A stretch of 63,752 bases of DNA, the filler included, from Dehalococcoidia bacterium (GTDB lineage: Bacteria > Chloroflexota > Dehalococcoidia > DSTF01 > JACRBR01), in NCBI GenBank assembly GCA_041494685.1. It is 4 parts of 4 records of this genome, joined end to end, with 100 filler letters (N's around TTAATTAATTAA, not from the genome) between each part and the next. Parts side by side here need not be neighbours in the genome. Positions count along the whole stretch, not along the records: positions 20,347 to 40,300 come from JBGQBE010000056.1; positions 40,401 to 59,620 come from JBGQBE010000057.1; 2 more parts are not named here. The stretch is one strand, 5' to 3'. The notes under the pieces were generated by a model. It saw only the letters and a list, made by a program, of their open reading frames with translations, did no database searches and had not been told where the DNA came from. Positions 39,856 to 51,472 of the stretch are shown in pieces (positions within the stretch are counted from its first letter, which is position 1; each line of letters begins with the position of its first letter). The position numbers and the translations under genes are program-made.

Positions 39856-40300
39856 GCGGACTGCTGGCCGGCGCTGCCCGCGTGTCGATCGCCCCGCGGC
39901 CGGAGGACCTGGCCGAGGGGCTGTACCTCGGCGGCTTCGGCAGCTACCGCCAGCGACGCGCGACCGGCGTCCACGACGAGCCGCAGTGTCGTGCCGCCGC
40001 GATCAGCGACGGCTTGACCGTGTTCGTGCTCGCCGTGCTCGACCTCGTCGGTGCGGGCGGGCCGCTGCTGGCGTCGATCCGCGCGGACGCGGCGCGCCTC
40101 ACGCATCTGCCGCCGGAGCAGATCATCATCGCCTGCACGCACAGCCACGCCAGCCCCGATATGCAGGGCCTGTGGGGCGGCACGGGCGCGGCGTACGAGA
40201 CGCACGTCGCGCACCGCGCCGCGAGCGCCATCTGGCAGGCGCACCAGGCGCTCGCGCCTGCCGACGCGCGCGTCGCGACGACCGCGCTCGGCGGCGTCGT
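39852..40300 (+). CDS. Neutral/alkaline ceramidase N-terminal-like protein (3' truncated)
   Basis: AGAARVSIAP, GVHDEPQCRA, IIIACTHSHASP. Confidence 0.75.
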
Positions 40301-40400
40301 NNNNNNNNNNNNNNNNNNNNNNNNNNNNNNNNNNNNNNNNNNNNTTAATTAATTAANNNNNNNNNNNNNNNNNNNNNNNNNNNNNNNNNNNNNNNNNNNN
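40301..40400. other. Artificial contig linker
   Basis: Ns plus TTAATTAATTAA. Confidence 0.97.
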
Positions 40401-40659
40401 CGACCAGCGTGATGACGTGCGGCGGGATGGCCGCCAGCGTCTTGCGGAGCGCCTCGTAGCCGCGCTCGGGGCCGAGCGCCTCGTAGAAGGCGACGTTGGG
40501 CTTGTACGCGCAGACGAGGTCGGACGTGGCCTCGATGATGGCGATGTTGAAGGCGGCCACGTCGTCGATGGCCATGCGCGCGGGGTCCGGGTCCAGGCCG
40601 ATGCAGAGCAGGCTGCCGCTCCGCTCCCACGCCGCCTCAAGCTTCTGCCGGAATGTCAC
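40401..40659 (-). CDS. pyrF: Orotidine-5'-phosphate decarboxylase, N-terminal part
   Basis: [33 protein letters not shown]; truncated by the gap. Confidence 0.9.
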
Positions 40660-40669
40660 GCCGATGCCG

Positions 40670-41491
40670 TCAGCCCTTTCCGCTCGCGACTTCGCTGCGC
40701 CCCTCCGGGATGGCCGCGCCCGCGTCGCGCAGGCGCTGCCGTTGGTCCGCGAAGGCGCGCTCGTCGCCACTCGTAAGGTACAGCACGGCGCCGCCGTCCG
40801 CGCGCGGGTTGCGGAGGCCGCGGTCGCCGAGCACGCGCACGACCTGGCGCGCGACGGCTTCGGACGGCTCGATGACGAGGACGCCGTCGCCGGCCTCCTG
40901 CTCGATGACGGTCTTGAGGAAGGCGTAGTGCGTGCAGCCGAGCACCAGCACGTCCGCGCCGCTGGCGTCGAGGCGCGCCAGGTAGCCGCGCAGCAGCGCG
41001 CGCGTCGCCGCGCCGTCGATGTCGCCCGCCTCCACGCGCTCGGCAAGGCCGGGCGCCTCGATCGTCTCGACCGAGACCTCGGCGCCGTAACGGTCGATGA
41101 GCGCGGCGAGCTTCTCGCCGCGGGCGGTGCCGGGCGTGACGAGCAGGGCGACGCGGCCGCAGAGCGTGCGCTCGGCGGCGGGCTTCAGGGCGGGTTCGAT
41201 GCTGACGAAGGACACGCCGGGGAATGTCTCTCGCAAGTGGGCGACGGCGGCACTCGTGGCGGTGTTGCAGGCGACGACGATGAGCTTCGCGCCGCGCGCC
41301 AGCAGCTCGCGCGTGATGGCCTCGGCGCGGGCGCGCACTTCGGCGGCGCTGCGCGGGCCGTAGGGGAACCAGGCGGCATCGGAGTAGTAGATGAGGTCTT
41401 CGCCGGGCAGGCGGGCGTGGACGTGCGCGAGCACGGACAGGCCGCCAGCGCCGGAATCGAACAGGCCGATGGGTGCGGAAGCGTCGGGCAT
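40670..41491 (-). CDS. murI: Glutamate racemase
   Basis: [31 protein letters not shown]. Confidence 0.95.
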   Translation of the reverse strand: MPDASAPIGLFDSGAGGLSVLAHVHARLPGEDLIYYSDAAWFPYGPRSAAEVRARAEAITRELLARGAKLIVVACNTATSAAVAHLRETFPGVSFVSIEPALKPAAERTLCGRVALLVTPGTARGEKLAALIDRYGAEVSVETIEAPGLAERVEAGDIDGAATRALLRGYLARLDASGADVLVLGCTHYAFLKTVIEQEAGDGVLVIEPSEAVARQVVRVLGDRGLRNPRADGGAVLYLTSGDERAFADQRQRLRDAGAAIPEGRSEVASGKG

Positions 41492-41655
41492 AGCTGGGAA
41501 GATCGTAGCAGGTCGAGCGAGGCGGCGGTGGCACGAGGCACGGGCGGAGGCGCGTGTGAGTCTCCTAATAGGTGCGCGAAGGTGACACCGGAAGGCGGCA
41601 GGGCGCGCCTCGGAGCGGTATGCTGGAAGCAGTCACACGAGAAGGAGACAGGGCC

Positions 41656-41961
41656 ATGCCGGACCTCGGCGTACCAGAGCTGATCATCATCGCGGTCATC
41701 GTGCTGCTGCTGTTCGGGCCGGGCAAGGCGGCCGACCTGGGCGGCTCGCTGGGCAAGGGCATCCGCGAGTTCCGCAAAGCGACGCGCGACGAAGACGACA
41801 CGGTCGCGCCCGCGCAGCTGGCATCGGCAAGCGGCCCCGCGCTCGCGGTGCCGGCCGGCACGGAGCAGGGCGGCGCCGCGACGCGCTTCTGCGCCGAATG
41901 CGGCACGGCGGCGGGCGACGGGAAGTTCTGCACGAACTGCGGCCACGCCCACGGCGCCTGA
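41656..41961 (+). CDS. tatA: TatA/TatE twin-arginine translocase subunit with a C-terminal zinc ribbon
   Basis: AAGGAG RBS; LGVPELIII..LLFG..K..DLGGSLGKGIREFRKA; FCAECG..KFCTNCG. Confidence 0.88.
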   Translation: MPDLGVPELIIIAVIVLLLFGPGKAADLGGSLGKGIREFRKATRDEDDTVAPAQLASASGPALAVPAGTEQGGAATRFCAECGTAAGDGKFCTNCGHAHGA

Positions 41962-42003
41962 GCCGCCCACACGGCCGGGGACGGCTATGCCACACGATCG
42001 AAC

Positions 42004-42032
42004 GAAGCGCCTCCCACTACGGGGGGCGCTTC
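42004..42032. terminator. Hairpin between convergent tatA and trpB
   Basis: gaagcgcctccc-actac-ggggggcgcttc. Confidence 0.6.
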
Positions 42033-42114
42033 TGCGTCGGTCCGGCTTCGCCGGACGCACAGCCGGGGACGGCTGTGCCACGCGCTTGGCGCCGCGGATC
42101 GCGGACGATGGTCG

Positions 42115-43329
<1,215 letters not shown>

Positions 43330-43353
43330 GTGTCACCAATCCTGCGGTAGTCA

Positions 43354-44079
43354 TCATACGCCGGCGGCCTTGGCGGCGCGGATGAAGGCGGCGATCTTCG
43401 CGGGGTCTTTCGCGCCGCCGGTCTCCACCCCGCTCGATACGTCGACGCACCACGGGCGGACGGCGCTGATGACGGCGACGACGTTGCCGGCCGCGAGGCC
43501 GCCCGCCAGCCATAACGGCAGGCGCGCGGCAACCGCGGCGGCAACGGCGGGGTCGCCGGACGCCCCGGTGCCCCGGCTGGGGTCGAGCATGAACGCCAGC
43601 GCGGCGCCCGGCTGTACGTACGCGAGCACGTCGTCCGCGGCCATGCCGGGCCGCGTGCGGAGCACCTTGATCGCCTGACGGCTCGCGAGCATGCAGTCGC
43701 TCCACGGCTCGTTCCCGCTGAGCTGCACCAGGTCGATGCCGGTCTCCTCCACGATCTCGTTGACCTCGTCGATCGGCTGATCCGCGAAGACGCCGACGGT
43801 GAGCGGGCGCTTCTGCGCCAACAGGCGATCGAGCGCCTCCGCGCCGTGCGCGAACCACGCTTCGATTGTGTCGAACCGGCCGGGGTGCATCGGCGGCGGG
43901 TCAGGCTGCGCGATCTCTCGCAGCGGCGTGCCGACGGCCGCGACGATCTGCGCCGCCTCCTCGCGCGACACGCGCCGGCGGCTCTCGGCGAACATGATGC
44001 CGATGAAGTCGGCGCCCGCCTCAGCCGCCGCGACGGCGTCCGCGACGCGCATACAGCCGCAGATCTTGACGCGCGTCAC
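43354..44079 (-). CDS. trpF: Phosphoribosylanthranilate isomerase
   Basis: GTG start; VKICG, GADFIG, VGVF, VQLSG, LAGGL, VDVSSGVE. Confidence 0.9.
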   Translation of the reverse strand: MTRVKICGCMRVADAVAAAEAGADFIGIMFAESRRRVSREEAAQIVAAVGTPLREIAQPDPPPMHPGRFDTIEAWFAHGAEALDRLLAQKRPLTVGVFADQPIDEVNEIVEETGIDLVQLSGNEPWSDCMLASRQAIKVLRTRPGMAADDVLAYVQPGAALAFMLDPSRGTGASGDPAVAAAVAARLPLWLAGGLAAGNVVAVISAVRPWCVDVSSGVETGGAKDPAKIAAFIRAAKAAGV

Positions 44080-44636
44080 TGTGGCCCCCTCACCCCGGCC
44101 CTCTCCCGCGAGGGGAGAGGGGGATGCGGGCAACGCGCATGGATGTGGGCGACGGCTTCCGCGACGTTGTCGTCGAGGGGGCGGGTTGTGTCGACGGTCA
44201 AGCGCGGCTCGAACGCCGTGGGTGCGGCGCCGGCGTGGAGTGCGAGGTCGAGCGGCTCGCGCGGCTGCGACTCCACGGCGTCGCGCGTCGCGAGGCGGCG
44301 GAGCAGTTCGGCGCGGTCAGGGCAGACACACTCGATCAGGATCGGGGGAGAGCCGGCGAGCGCGGCAGTGGCGAGCCATCGGCGCTCGACCGCGTCCCAG
44401 AACACGGGGTTGTCGAGGATGAGGCTGTGGCCGAGCCGCACGAGGCCGGCGGACTGCGAGAAGTACACCTCGTACGCGGCGGGGCCGGCCTGCGCCTCGG
44501 CGACGCCGGCGCGCAGGAGCGCCGCCTTGATCACGTCCTTGTCGAGCACGACCGCGCCCAGGCGCTCGCCGAGCGCGCGGGCGAGCGTGCGCTTGCCGCT
44601 GCCGGGCTCGCCGTGCATCTGCACGACGATCGTCAT
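44076..44636 (-). CDS. P-loop kinase / AAA_33 family protein
   Basis: Start MTIVVQMHGEPGSGKRT (Walker A); LDKDVIK; ILD; overlaps the trpC stop and trpF start. Confidence 0.82.
   Translation of the reverse strand: MTIVVQMHGEPGSGKRTLARALGERLGAVVLDKDVIKAALLRAGVAEAQAGPAAYEVYFSQSAGLVRLGHSLILDNPVFWDAVERRWLATAALAGSPPILIECVCPDRAELLRRLATRDAVESQPREPLDLALHAGAAPTAFEPRLTVDTTRPLDDNVAEAVAHIHARCPHPPLPSRERAGVRGPQ
44085..44123. repeat. REP-like palindrome CCCTCACCCCGGCCCTCTCCC-GCGA-GGGGAGAGGG
   Basis: Imperfect hairpin of a widespread intergenic repeat type, lying within the 3' end of the kinase CDS. Confidence 0.7.
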
Positions 44637-45466
44637 ATGAGGAGCTCCCGCATCTTGGTCGTCATGTCGGGCGCGGTCATCAGCGCCTCCGCCACGAGAA
44701 CGGCGTGGACGCCGCACTTCGCCATGCGCTCGACGTCGGCGCGGTCGCGGATGCCGCTCAGCGCGACGACGACGCGGTCGTCCGGGATCAGCGGGCGCAG
44801 ACGCTCGGTGGTCGCGAGGTCTACCTCGAAGGTCTTGAGGTCGCGGTTGTTGATGCCGATGAGGTCGCCCTGCGTCTTGAGCGCACGCGCCAGCTCGGCC
44901 TCGTCGGCCACTTCGACCAGGCACTCCATCTGCTGCTGGTGGGCGAGATCGATGAGCGCGTGCAGCTCGTCGTCGGTGAGGATGGCGACGATCAGCAGGA
45001 TGGCGTCGGCGCCGTAGGCGCGCGACTCGTAGACCTGGTACGGGTCGAAGATGAAGTCCTTGCGCAGCATGGCGGGCCGCCCGCCGGGGTAATAGCCGTC
45101 GATGCTGACGCGGCAGTCGGAGAGGAAGTCGATCGACCCCTGGAAGTACTTCGACTCGGTGATGACGGAGATGCCGGCCGCGCCGCCGATGGTGTACGTG
45201 CGGGCGAGCGCGCGGTGCTCCAGCGTGGCGACGAGCCGGCCCTTGGACGGCGTTGCCTTCTTGATCTCGGCGATGAGCTGGATGCGCTTGCCGCCGGTGC
45301 TGGGGCCGCGCGGGCCTTCGAGGATCGCCTGCACGAGGCTCCACTGGGGCGTGGAGATGCGGTCCTGGCGGCGCTTCAGGGCGTCGAGCGGCTCGTGCGT
45401 CTTGCGCGCCTCCACTTCCACGCGCTTGTCGGCGACGATGCGGTCGAGGATGGTTGGCTCGCTCAT
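44633..45466 (-). CDS. trpC: Indole-3-glycerol phosphate synthase
   Basis: ILDRIV, IAEIKKATPSKG, LRKDFI, GADAILLI, IGINNRDL. Confidence 0.95.
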   Translation of the reverse strand: MSEPTILDRIVADKRVEVEARKTHEPLDALKRRQDRISTPQWSLVQAILEGPRGPSTGGKRIQLIAEIKKATPSKGRLVATLEHRALARTYTIGGAAGISVITESKYFQGSIDFLSDCRVSIDGYYPGGRPAMLRKDFIFDPYQVYESRAYGADAILLIVAILTDDELHALIDLAHQQQMECLVEVADEAELARALKTQGDLIGINNRDLKTFEVDLATTERLRPLIPDDRVVVALSGIRDRADVERMAKCGVHAVLVAEALMTAPDMTTKMRELLI

Positions 45467-46488
45467 ACGGCGTTGGTCGCCTCCACGAACGCGGCCAGCT
45501 TCGCGGCTGCCGCGCCCGAATCGATGCTGCTGGCGGCGAGCCGCACGCCGGCCGCCATGTCCGCCGCCGTGCCCCACGCGACGAGCGCGGCGGCGGCGTT
45601 GATCAGCGTGAAGTCACGGAGCGCGCCTGGAGCGCCGTCGAGGACGAGGCGCAGTTCCGTGGCGTTCTGTCGCGGCGAGCCGCCGCGCAGGTACGTTATG
45701 TCGTGTCGCTGCAAGCCCAGCTCTTCCGGCGCGACGCGGTAGGTGCGGAGCGCGCCATCGGCAAGCTGCGCGACGGTGGACGGGGCGGTGATGCTGAACT
45801 CGTCGAAGCCGTCGTCGCCGTGCACGACGAGCGCGCGCTCGCTGCCGAGGCGCGCGAGCGCGCCCGCGATCGTCTCGACGAGCTGGGGGCGGGCGACGCC
45901 GACCACCTGGCGGCGCGCGCCGGCGGGGTTGGTGATGGGGCCGAGCAGGTTGAACACGGTACGGATGCCGATCTCGCGGCGGAGCGGCGCGACGAACTTC
46001 ATGGCGGGGTGGAACGCCTGCGCGAACATGAAGCCAACGCCGGCGCGCTCGATGCAGGCGCGCACCTGGGCGGGCGAGAGATCGATCTTCGCGCCGAGCG
46101 CTTCGAGCACGTCGGCGCTGCCGGACTGCGAGGTCATGGCGCGGTTGCCGTGCTTGGCGACGCGCGCGCCGGCGCCGGCCGCGACGAAGGCGGCGCAGGT
46201 GCTGACGTTGAAGGAGCCGCTGGCGTCGCCGCCGGTGCCGCAAGTGTCGAGCAGCGGGCCGTCGATATCGATGCGGCTGCTCTTCTCGCGCATCACGCGC
46301 GCCATGCCGGCGATCTCGTCGACGGTCTCGCCCTTCATGCGGAGGGCGGTGACGTAGGCGCCGAACTGCGCCGGCGTGGCGGCGCCGGTCATCAACTCCT
46401 CCATGCAGGCGGCGGCCTGCGCGTCGGTGAGGTCTTCGCGCTCGACGAGCTTCGCCAGTGCGTCGCGGATGGTGAATGCGTCAGTCAT
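45463..46488 (-). CDS. trpD: Anthranilate phosphoribosyltransferase
   Basis: DTCGTGGD, FNVST, AKHGNR, RTVFNLLGPITNP. Confidence 0.96.
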   Translation of the reverse strand: MTDAFTIRDALAKLVEREDLTDAQAAACMEELMTGAATPAQFGAYVTALRMKGETVDEIAGMARVMREKSSRIDIDGPLLDTCGTGGDASGSFNVSTCAAFVAAGAGARVAKHGNRAMTSQSGSADVLEALGAKIDLSPAQVRACIERAGVGFMFAQAFHPAMKFVAPLRREIGIRTVFNLLGPITNPAGARRQVVGVARPQLVETIAGALARLGSERALVVHGDDGFDEFSITAPSTVAQLADGALRTYRVAPEELGLQRHDITYLRGGSPRQNATELRLVLDGAPGALRDFTLINAAAALVAWGTAADMAAGVRLAASSIDSGAAAAKLAAFVEATNAV

Positions 46489-46738
46489 AGGTTGTAGTCG
46501 TGCGTCTGGCGATCACTTCGATCAGGATCCGTTGTCGGGCATCAAAGATGGCGAACATAACACGATACTCGCCGACGCGGATGCGCCAGTTAGCGCTTCC
46601 GCGCAGCTTCTTTACGCCGCTTGGCCGCGGGTCGGATCGCAGCGCCTCGATGGCCGCCGCGATCCGCCGCTGTTCTTGACGCGGCAACCGCGCCAGTGCG
46701 CGTTCCGCTCTTGGTCGCATTTCGATCTGGTAACTCAA
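46481..46738 (-). CDS. RelE/ParE family type II toxin
   Basis: 85 aa, basic; PRPSGVKKL..WRIRVGEYRV; TTG start. Confidence 0.9.
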   Translation of the reverse strand: MSYQIEMRPRAERALARLPRQEQRRIAAAIEALRSDPRPSGVKKLRGSANWRIRVGEYRVMFAIFDARQRILIEVIARRTTTTYD

Positions 46739-46958
46739 TGCCCAGCTTCTCCATCACTTCCTCGAACGGTACCGCGGTGGAGGGATCCTTCATGTACTCT
46801 TCGAGTCCGCGCTGCACCGCGGCACCGTCGAGCTGGTCTTCAAACGTTTCCTCGATCGCGTATCGGACCAGCTCCGCCATCGGGACCTTCTTCTCGAACG
46901 CGAACCTGCGCAGGTCTTCGTAGCGCTCGTCGTCGAGACTCACCAGCAATCGTTTCAT
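46590..46958 (-). CDS. Cognate antitoxin (ribbon-helix-helix-like)
   Basis: GGAGG RBS; MKRLLVSLDDERYEDL..MAELVRYAIE; acidic FEEVMEKLG; ORF runs on into the toxin. Confidence 0.75.
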   Translation of the reverse strand: MKRLLVSLDDERYEDLRRFAFEKKVPMAELVRYAIEETFEDQLDGAAVQRGLEEYMKDPSTAVPFEEVMEKLGIELPDRNATKSGTRTGAVAASRTAADRGGHRGAAIRPAAKRRKEAARKR

Positions 46959-46970
46959 CGGGTTTCCTCC

Positions 46971-46994
46971 TGATATCGTGATATCACGATATCA
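46971..46994. promoter_or_regulatory. Perfect 24-bp palindrome, putative TA operator
   Basis: tgatatcgtgatatcacgatatca, three GATATC units at 8-nt spacing, directly upstream of the antitoxin RBS. Confidence 0.75.
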
Positions 46995-47555
46995 CATCTC
47001 CAGGAAGTTGCGGAGGATCTGGTGCCCGTCGGGCGTCAAGATCGACTCCGGGTGGAACTGGACGCCTTCGACCTTGAACGTGCGGTGGCGCACGCCCATG
47101 ATGACGCCGCTCTCGCTGCGGGCGGACACCTCCAGCACGTCCGGGACGCTGTCGGGCCGGATGGCGAGCGAGTGGTAGCGCGTGGCGCGGATCGGCGACG
47201 GCAGGCCGGCGAAGACGCCGCGGCCGTCGTGCGTGATCTCCGACACTTTTCCGTGCAGGATCTCGCCGGCGCCCTCGACGATGCCGCCGTAGACCTCGCC
47301 GATGCACTGGTGGCCGAGGCAGACGCCGAAGATCGGCAGCTTCGGGCCGAAGCGGCGGATGACGTCCTTGCTGATACCCGCCTCGTCCGGGTTGCCGGGG
47401 CCGGGCGAGATGATGATGCGCTCCGGCGCCATGCGCTCGATGTCGTCGAGCGTCAGCTGGTCGTTGCGGACGACCTGCACCTGGGCGCCGAGCTCGCCGA
47501 GGTACTGGAAGAGGTTGTAGGTGAAGCTGTCGTAGTTGTCGATGAGCAGCAGCAT
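46992..47555 (-). CDS. trpG: Anthranilate synthase component II (glutamine amidotransferase)
   Basis: MLLLIDNYDSFTYNL, SPGPG, GVCLGHQ, RYHSL, QFHPES. Confidence 0.95.
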   Translation of the reverse strand: MLLLIDNYDSFTYNLFQYLGELGAQVQVVRNDQLTLDDIERMAPERIIISPGPGNPDEAGISKDVIRRFGPKLPIFGVCLGHQCIGEVYGGIVEGAGEILHGKVSEITHDGRGVFAGLPSPIRATRYHSLAIRPDSVPDVLEVSARSESGVIMGVRHRTFKVEGVQFHPESILTPDGHQILRNFLEM

Positions 47556-48808
47556 CAGCGCTTCCTCGCCTTGATCAGCAGCGTGTACGGCACGAGCCGC
47601 GCCCGCGCCGCGTCTATCCCGTCGCCGGCGTCCGCCTCTTCGCGGGGCTCCAGCAGGCGCTCGACGGTGAAGCCGGCGCGCGTGAGCAGGTCGAACCATT
47701 GCGAGACGGTCCAGAACCACTGGCGGAACCGCGCCAACTCGCCCGAGGCGAAATCCCAGGTCCAGTCGAACGGCGTGTCCCAGTACGCGCGCTGCACGCG
47801 ATAGGGCGCGGCGTCCGACAGCGTGACATCGAACGGGTGGCGGACGGAGATCGCCAGCACGCCGCCACCGCGCAGCACGCGATGCACCTCGCGCAGGGTG
47901 TCGTCGATGCGCTGGACGTAGTTGAGCATGTGCGCGGCGACGGCGGCGTCGAAGCTCTCGTCGTCGAAGCGCGAGAGGTCCTCGACGCTGCCGACGGCGA
48001 ACGACGCGTTCTGCGCACCGTGCCGCTGCGCGTACTCCTTCGCGTATTCGATCTGCTTCTCCGAGACGTCGATGCCGACGGCGACCGCGCCCATCTTCGA
48101 GAGCGCGACGACATCCTGGCCGCCGCCGCAGCCGAGCGCCAGCACGCGCTTGCCGCGCACGTCGTCCAGCAGCCGCACATCGTCCTCGCGCAGGTGCCAC
48201 GACCACATCAGGCTATCGGCGTAGCGGTCGCCGAAGCGGTCGCGCTGGTAGGCGGCCGAGATGGCGTCCCAGCCGGCGCGGTTGTCGGGCGGTGCGGCGC
48301 GCCCGGCGGCGATCTCGGCAGCGAGCGTGGCGGCGGGCAGGGCGTCTCGCTCGCCCAGCGGGACGGCTTCGCCGGCGGCGCTCCAGTCGGTCTGCGGCGT
48401 GTAGTCCGGGTCGGAGAGGATCTGCACCAGCGGATCGCGCAACGCCGCGGGCATGTCGAGCTGCGCGAGGTCGGCCGCGCCGAGCCAGCGCGCGTCGTCG
48501 TAGTCGCCCTCGGCGTTGAAGCGGAGCGGGCCGCCCTCCATGACCGCGCGGAAGATGTTGGCGACGTAGCGGCGCTGGTCGGCGCCGTCCTCCAGGTACA
48601 CCGTCTCGACGAACTGCGCCTCGCCGAGCGTCAAGCTGAACTGCTCGCGCGCGTGGCGGCGCAGGGCGTCCTCCGCGGCCTCCGAATCGGGCACGGTGGT
48701 GAGCGGCAGCAGCCACTGTCCCGCGAAGGGGCCGCGGCCCGGCTTGCGGCGCGTGACGAGCGCGAAGTCGCCGCGCTGGAAGAGCGCCGCCGAGAGCAGG
48801 TCCGGCAT
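47555..48808 (-). CDS. Nudix-like domain fused to a class I SAM methyltransferase
   Basis: Start MPDLLS at 48808; degenerate Nudix box; VLALGCGGG, GIDVS..QI, FDDESFD, RVLRGGG. Confidence 0.8.
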   Translation of the reverse strand: MPDLLSAALFQRGDFALVTRRKPGRGPFAGQWLLPLTTVPDSEAAEDALRRHAREQFSLTLGEAQFVETVYLEDGADQRRYVANIFRAVMEGGPLRFNAEGDYDDARWLGAADLAQLDMPAALRDPLVQILSDPDYTPQTDWSAAGEAVPLGERDALPAATLAAEIAAGRAAPPDNRAGWDAISAAYQRDRFGDRYADSLMWSWHLREDDVRLLDDVRGKRVLALGCGGGQDVVALSKMGAVAVGIDVSEKQIEYAKEYAQRHGAQNASFAVGSVEDLSRFDDESFDAAVAAHMLNYVQRIDDTLREVHRVLRGGGVLAISVRHPFDVTLSDAAPYRVQRAYWDTPFDWTWDFASGELARFRQWFWTVSQWFDLLTRAGFTVERLLEPREEADAGDGIDAARARLVPYTLLIKARKR

Positions 48809-48809
48809 C

Positions 48810-50293
<1,484 letters not shown>

Positions 50294-50297
<4 letters not shown>

Positions 50298-51310
50298 GAC
50301 GGCATGCCCCTCTCGATGTAGTCGAGCCGCAGCGCCTTCCGCACCGCCTCCATCGTCGCCTGGGCGGCGGCGCGGCCGGCGGCGCTGCCACGCTCCAGCG
50401 CTTCGCTCACGAGCTGGGGGTGCGCCTCGAAGTGGGTGCGCCGCTCGCGGATGGGATCGAGCAGGTCGTTGATGGCGACGATCAGCTTCTTCTTCACCTC
50501 GACGTCGCCGACCGCGCCGCGCACGTAGCGCTCCTTCAGGTCGTCGACCTCGGCGGTGTCCGGGTTGAAGGCGTCGTGGTACATGAAGACGGGGTTCCCC
50601 TCGATGTGGCCGGGATCGGTGGCGCGCAGGCGCGTCGGGTCGGTGTACATGCTCATCACCTTCTGGCGCACGGTCTCGGCGTCGTCCTTCAGGTAGATGG
50701 CGTTGTCCAGCGACTTGCTCATCTTCGCCTGCCCGTCGGTGCCGACCAGCCGCGGCACGCGGCCGACGAGCGGCTCCGGCTCCGGGAACACCTCGGCGAA
50801 GTCGCGGTTGAAGCGCCGGGCGATCTCGCGCGACAGCTCGATGTGCGGGAGTTGATCGTCGCCGACGGGCACGAGGTGGGCGCGGGGCATGAGGATGTTC
50901 GCCACCTGCATGAGCGGGTAGATGAAGAAGCCGACGGGCACGCTCTTCTTGCCGGACTCCAGGTCCTGCATCTCGGCCTTGAGCGTGGGGTTGCGCTGGA
51001 GCATGCCAAGCGGCATGAACCAGGACAGCAGGACCGCCAGCTCGGCGTGCTCCGGCACCATGCTCTCAATGACGTAGTGGCTGCCCTCGGGATCGAGGCC
51101 GACGGCGAGCCAGTCGAGCGCGACCTGCCACACGGCGTCGCGGACGCGGTCCACGTCGTCGGCGTAGTCGGAGACCTGGTAGTCGGCGATGAGGAAGAAG
51201 CACTCATACTCCTTCTGCAGCCGCACCCAGTTCTCCAGCGCGCCGGCGTAGTGGCCCAGGTGCAGCGGGCCGGTGGGCCGGATGCCGGTGAGAATGCGCT
51301 TGCGGGTCAT
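50294..51310 (-). CDS. trpS: Tryptophan--tRNA ligase
   Basis: Start MTRKRILTGIRPTG; HLGH (HIGH); VPVGDDQLPH; KMSKS. Confidence 0.96.
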
Positions 51311-51327
51311 TGCGCCGCTCCGCGGCG

Positions 51328-51456
51328 CAACAGCAGACAACAGACAACAGACAACAGATCAGACGGGGGCGTATACGCCTCCGGCAGACAACAGACGACA
51401 GACAACAGATCGGGCGGGGACGTGTGCGCCGCCGACAGACAGCAGACAACAGGCGA
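51328..51456. repeat. Heptamer array (CAGACAA-like) organised in 51-bp higher-order units
   Basis: Units 51334-51384 and 51385-51435 plus a partial third unit from 51436. Confidence 0.88.
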
Positions 51457-51472
51457 CCAATTGGCCGATCGG

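Noticed and set aside
51334..51456. CRISPR-like repeat-spacer pattern
   Set aside because: The repeats are themselves heptamer tandems and the spacers are similar to each other, so this is a tandem duplication
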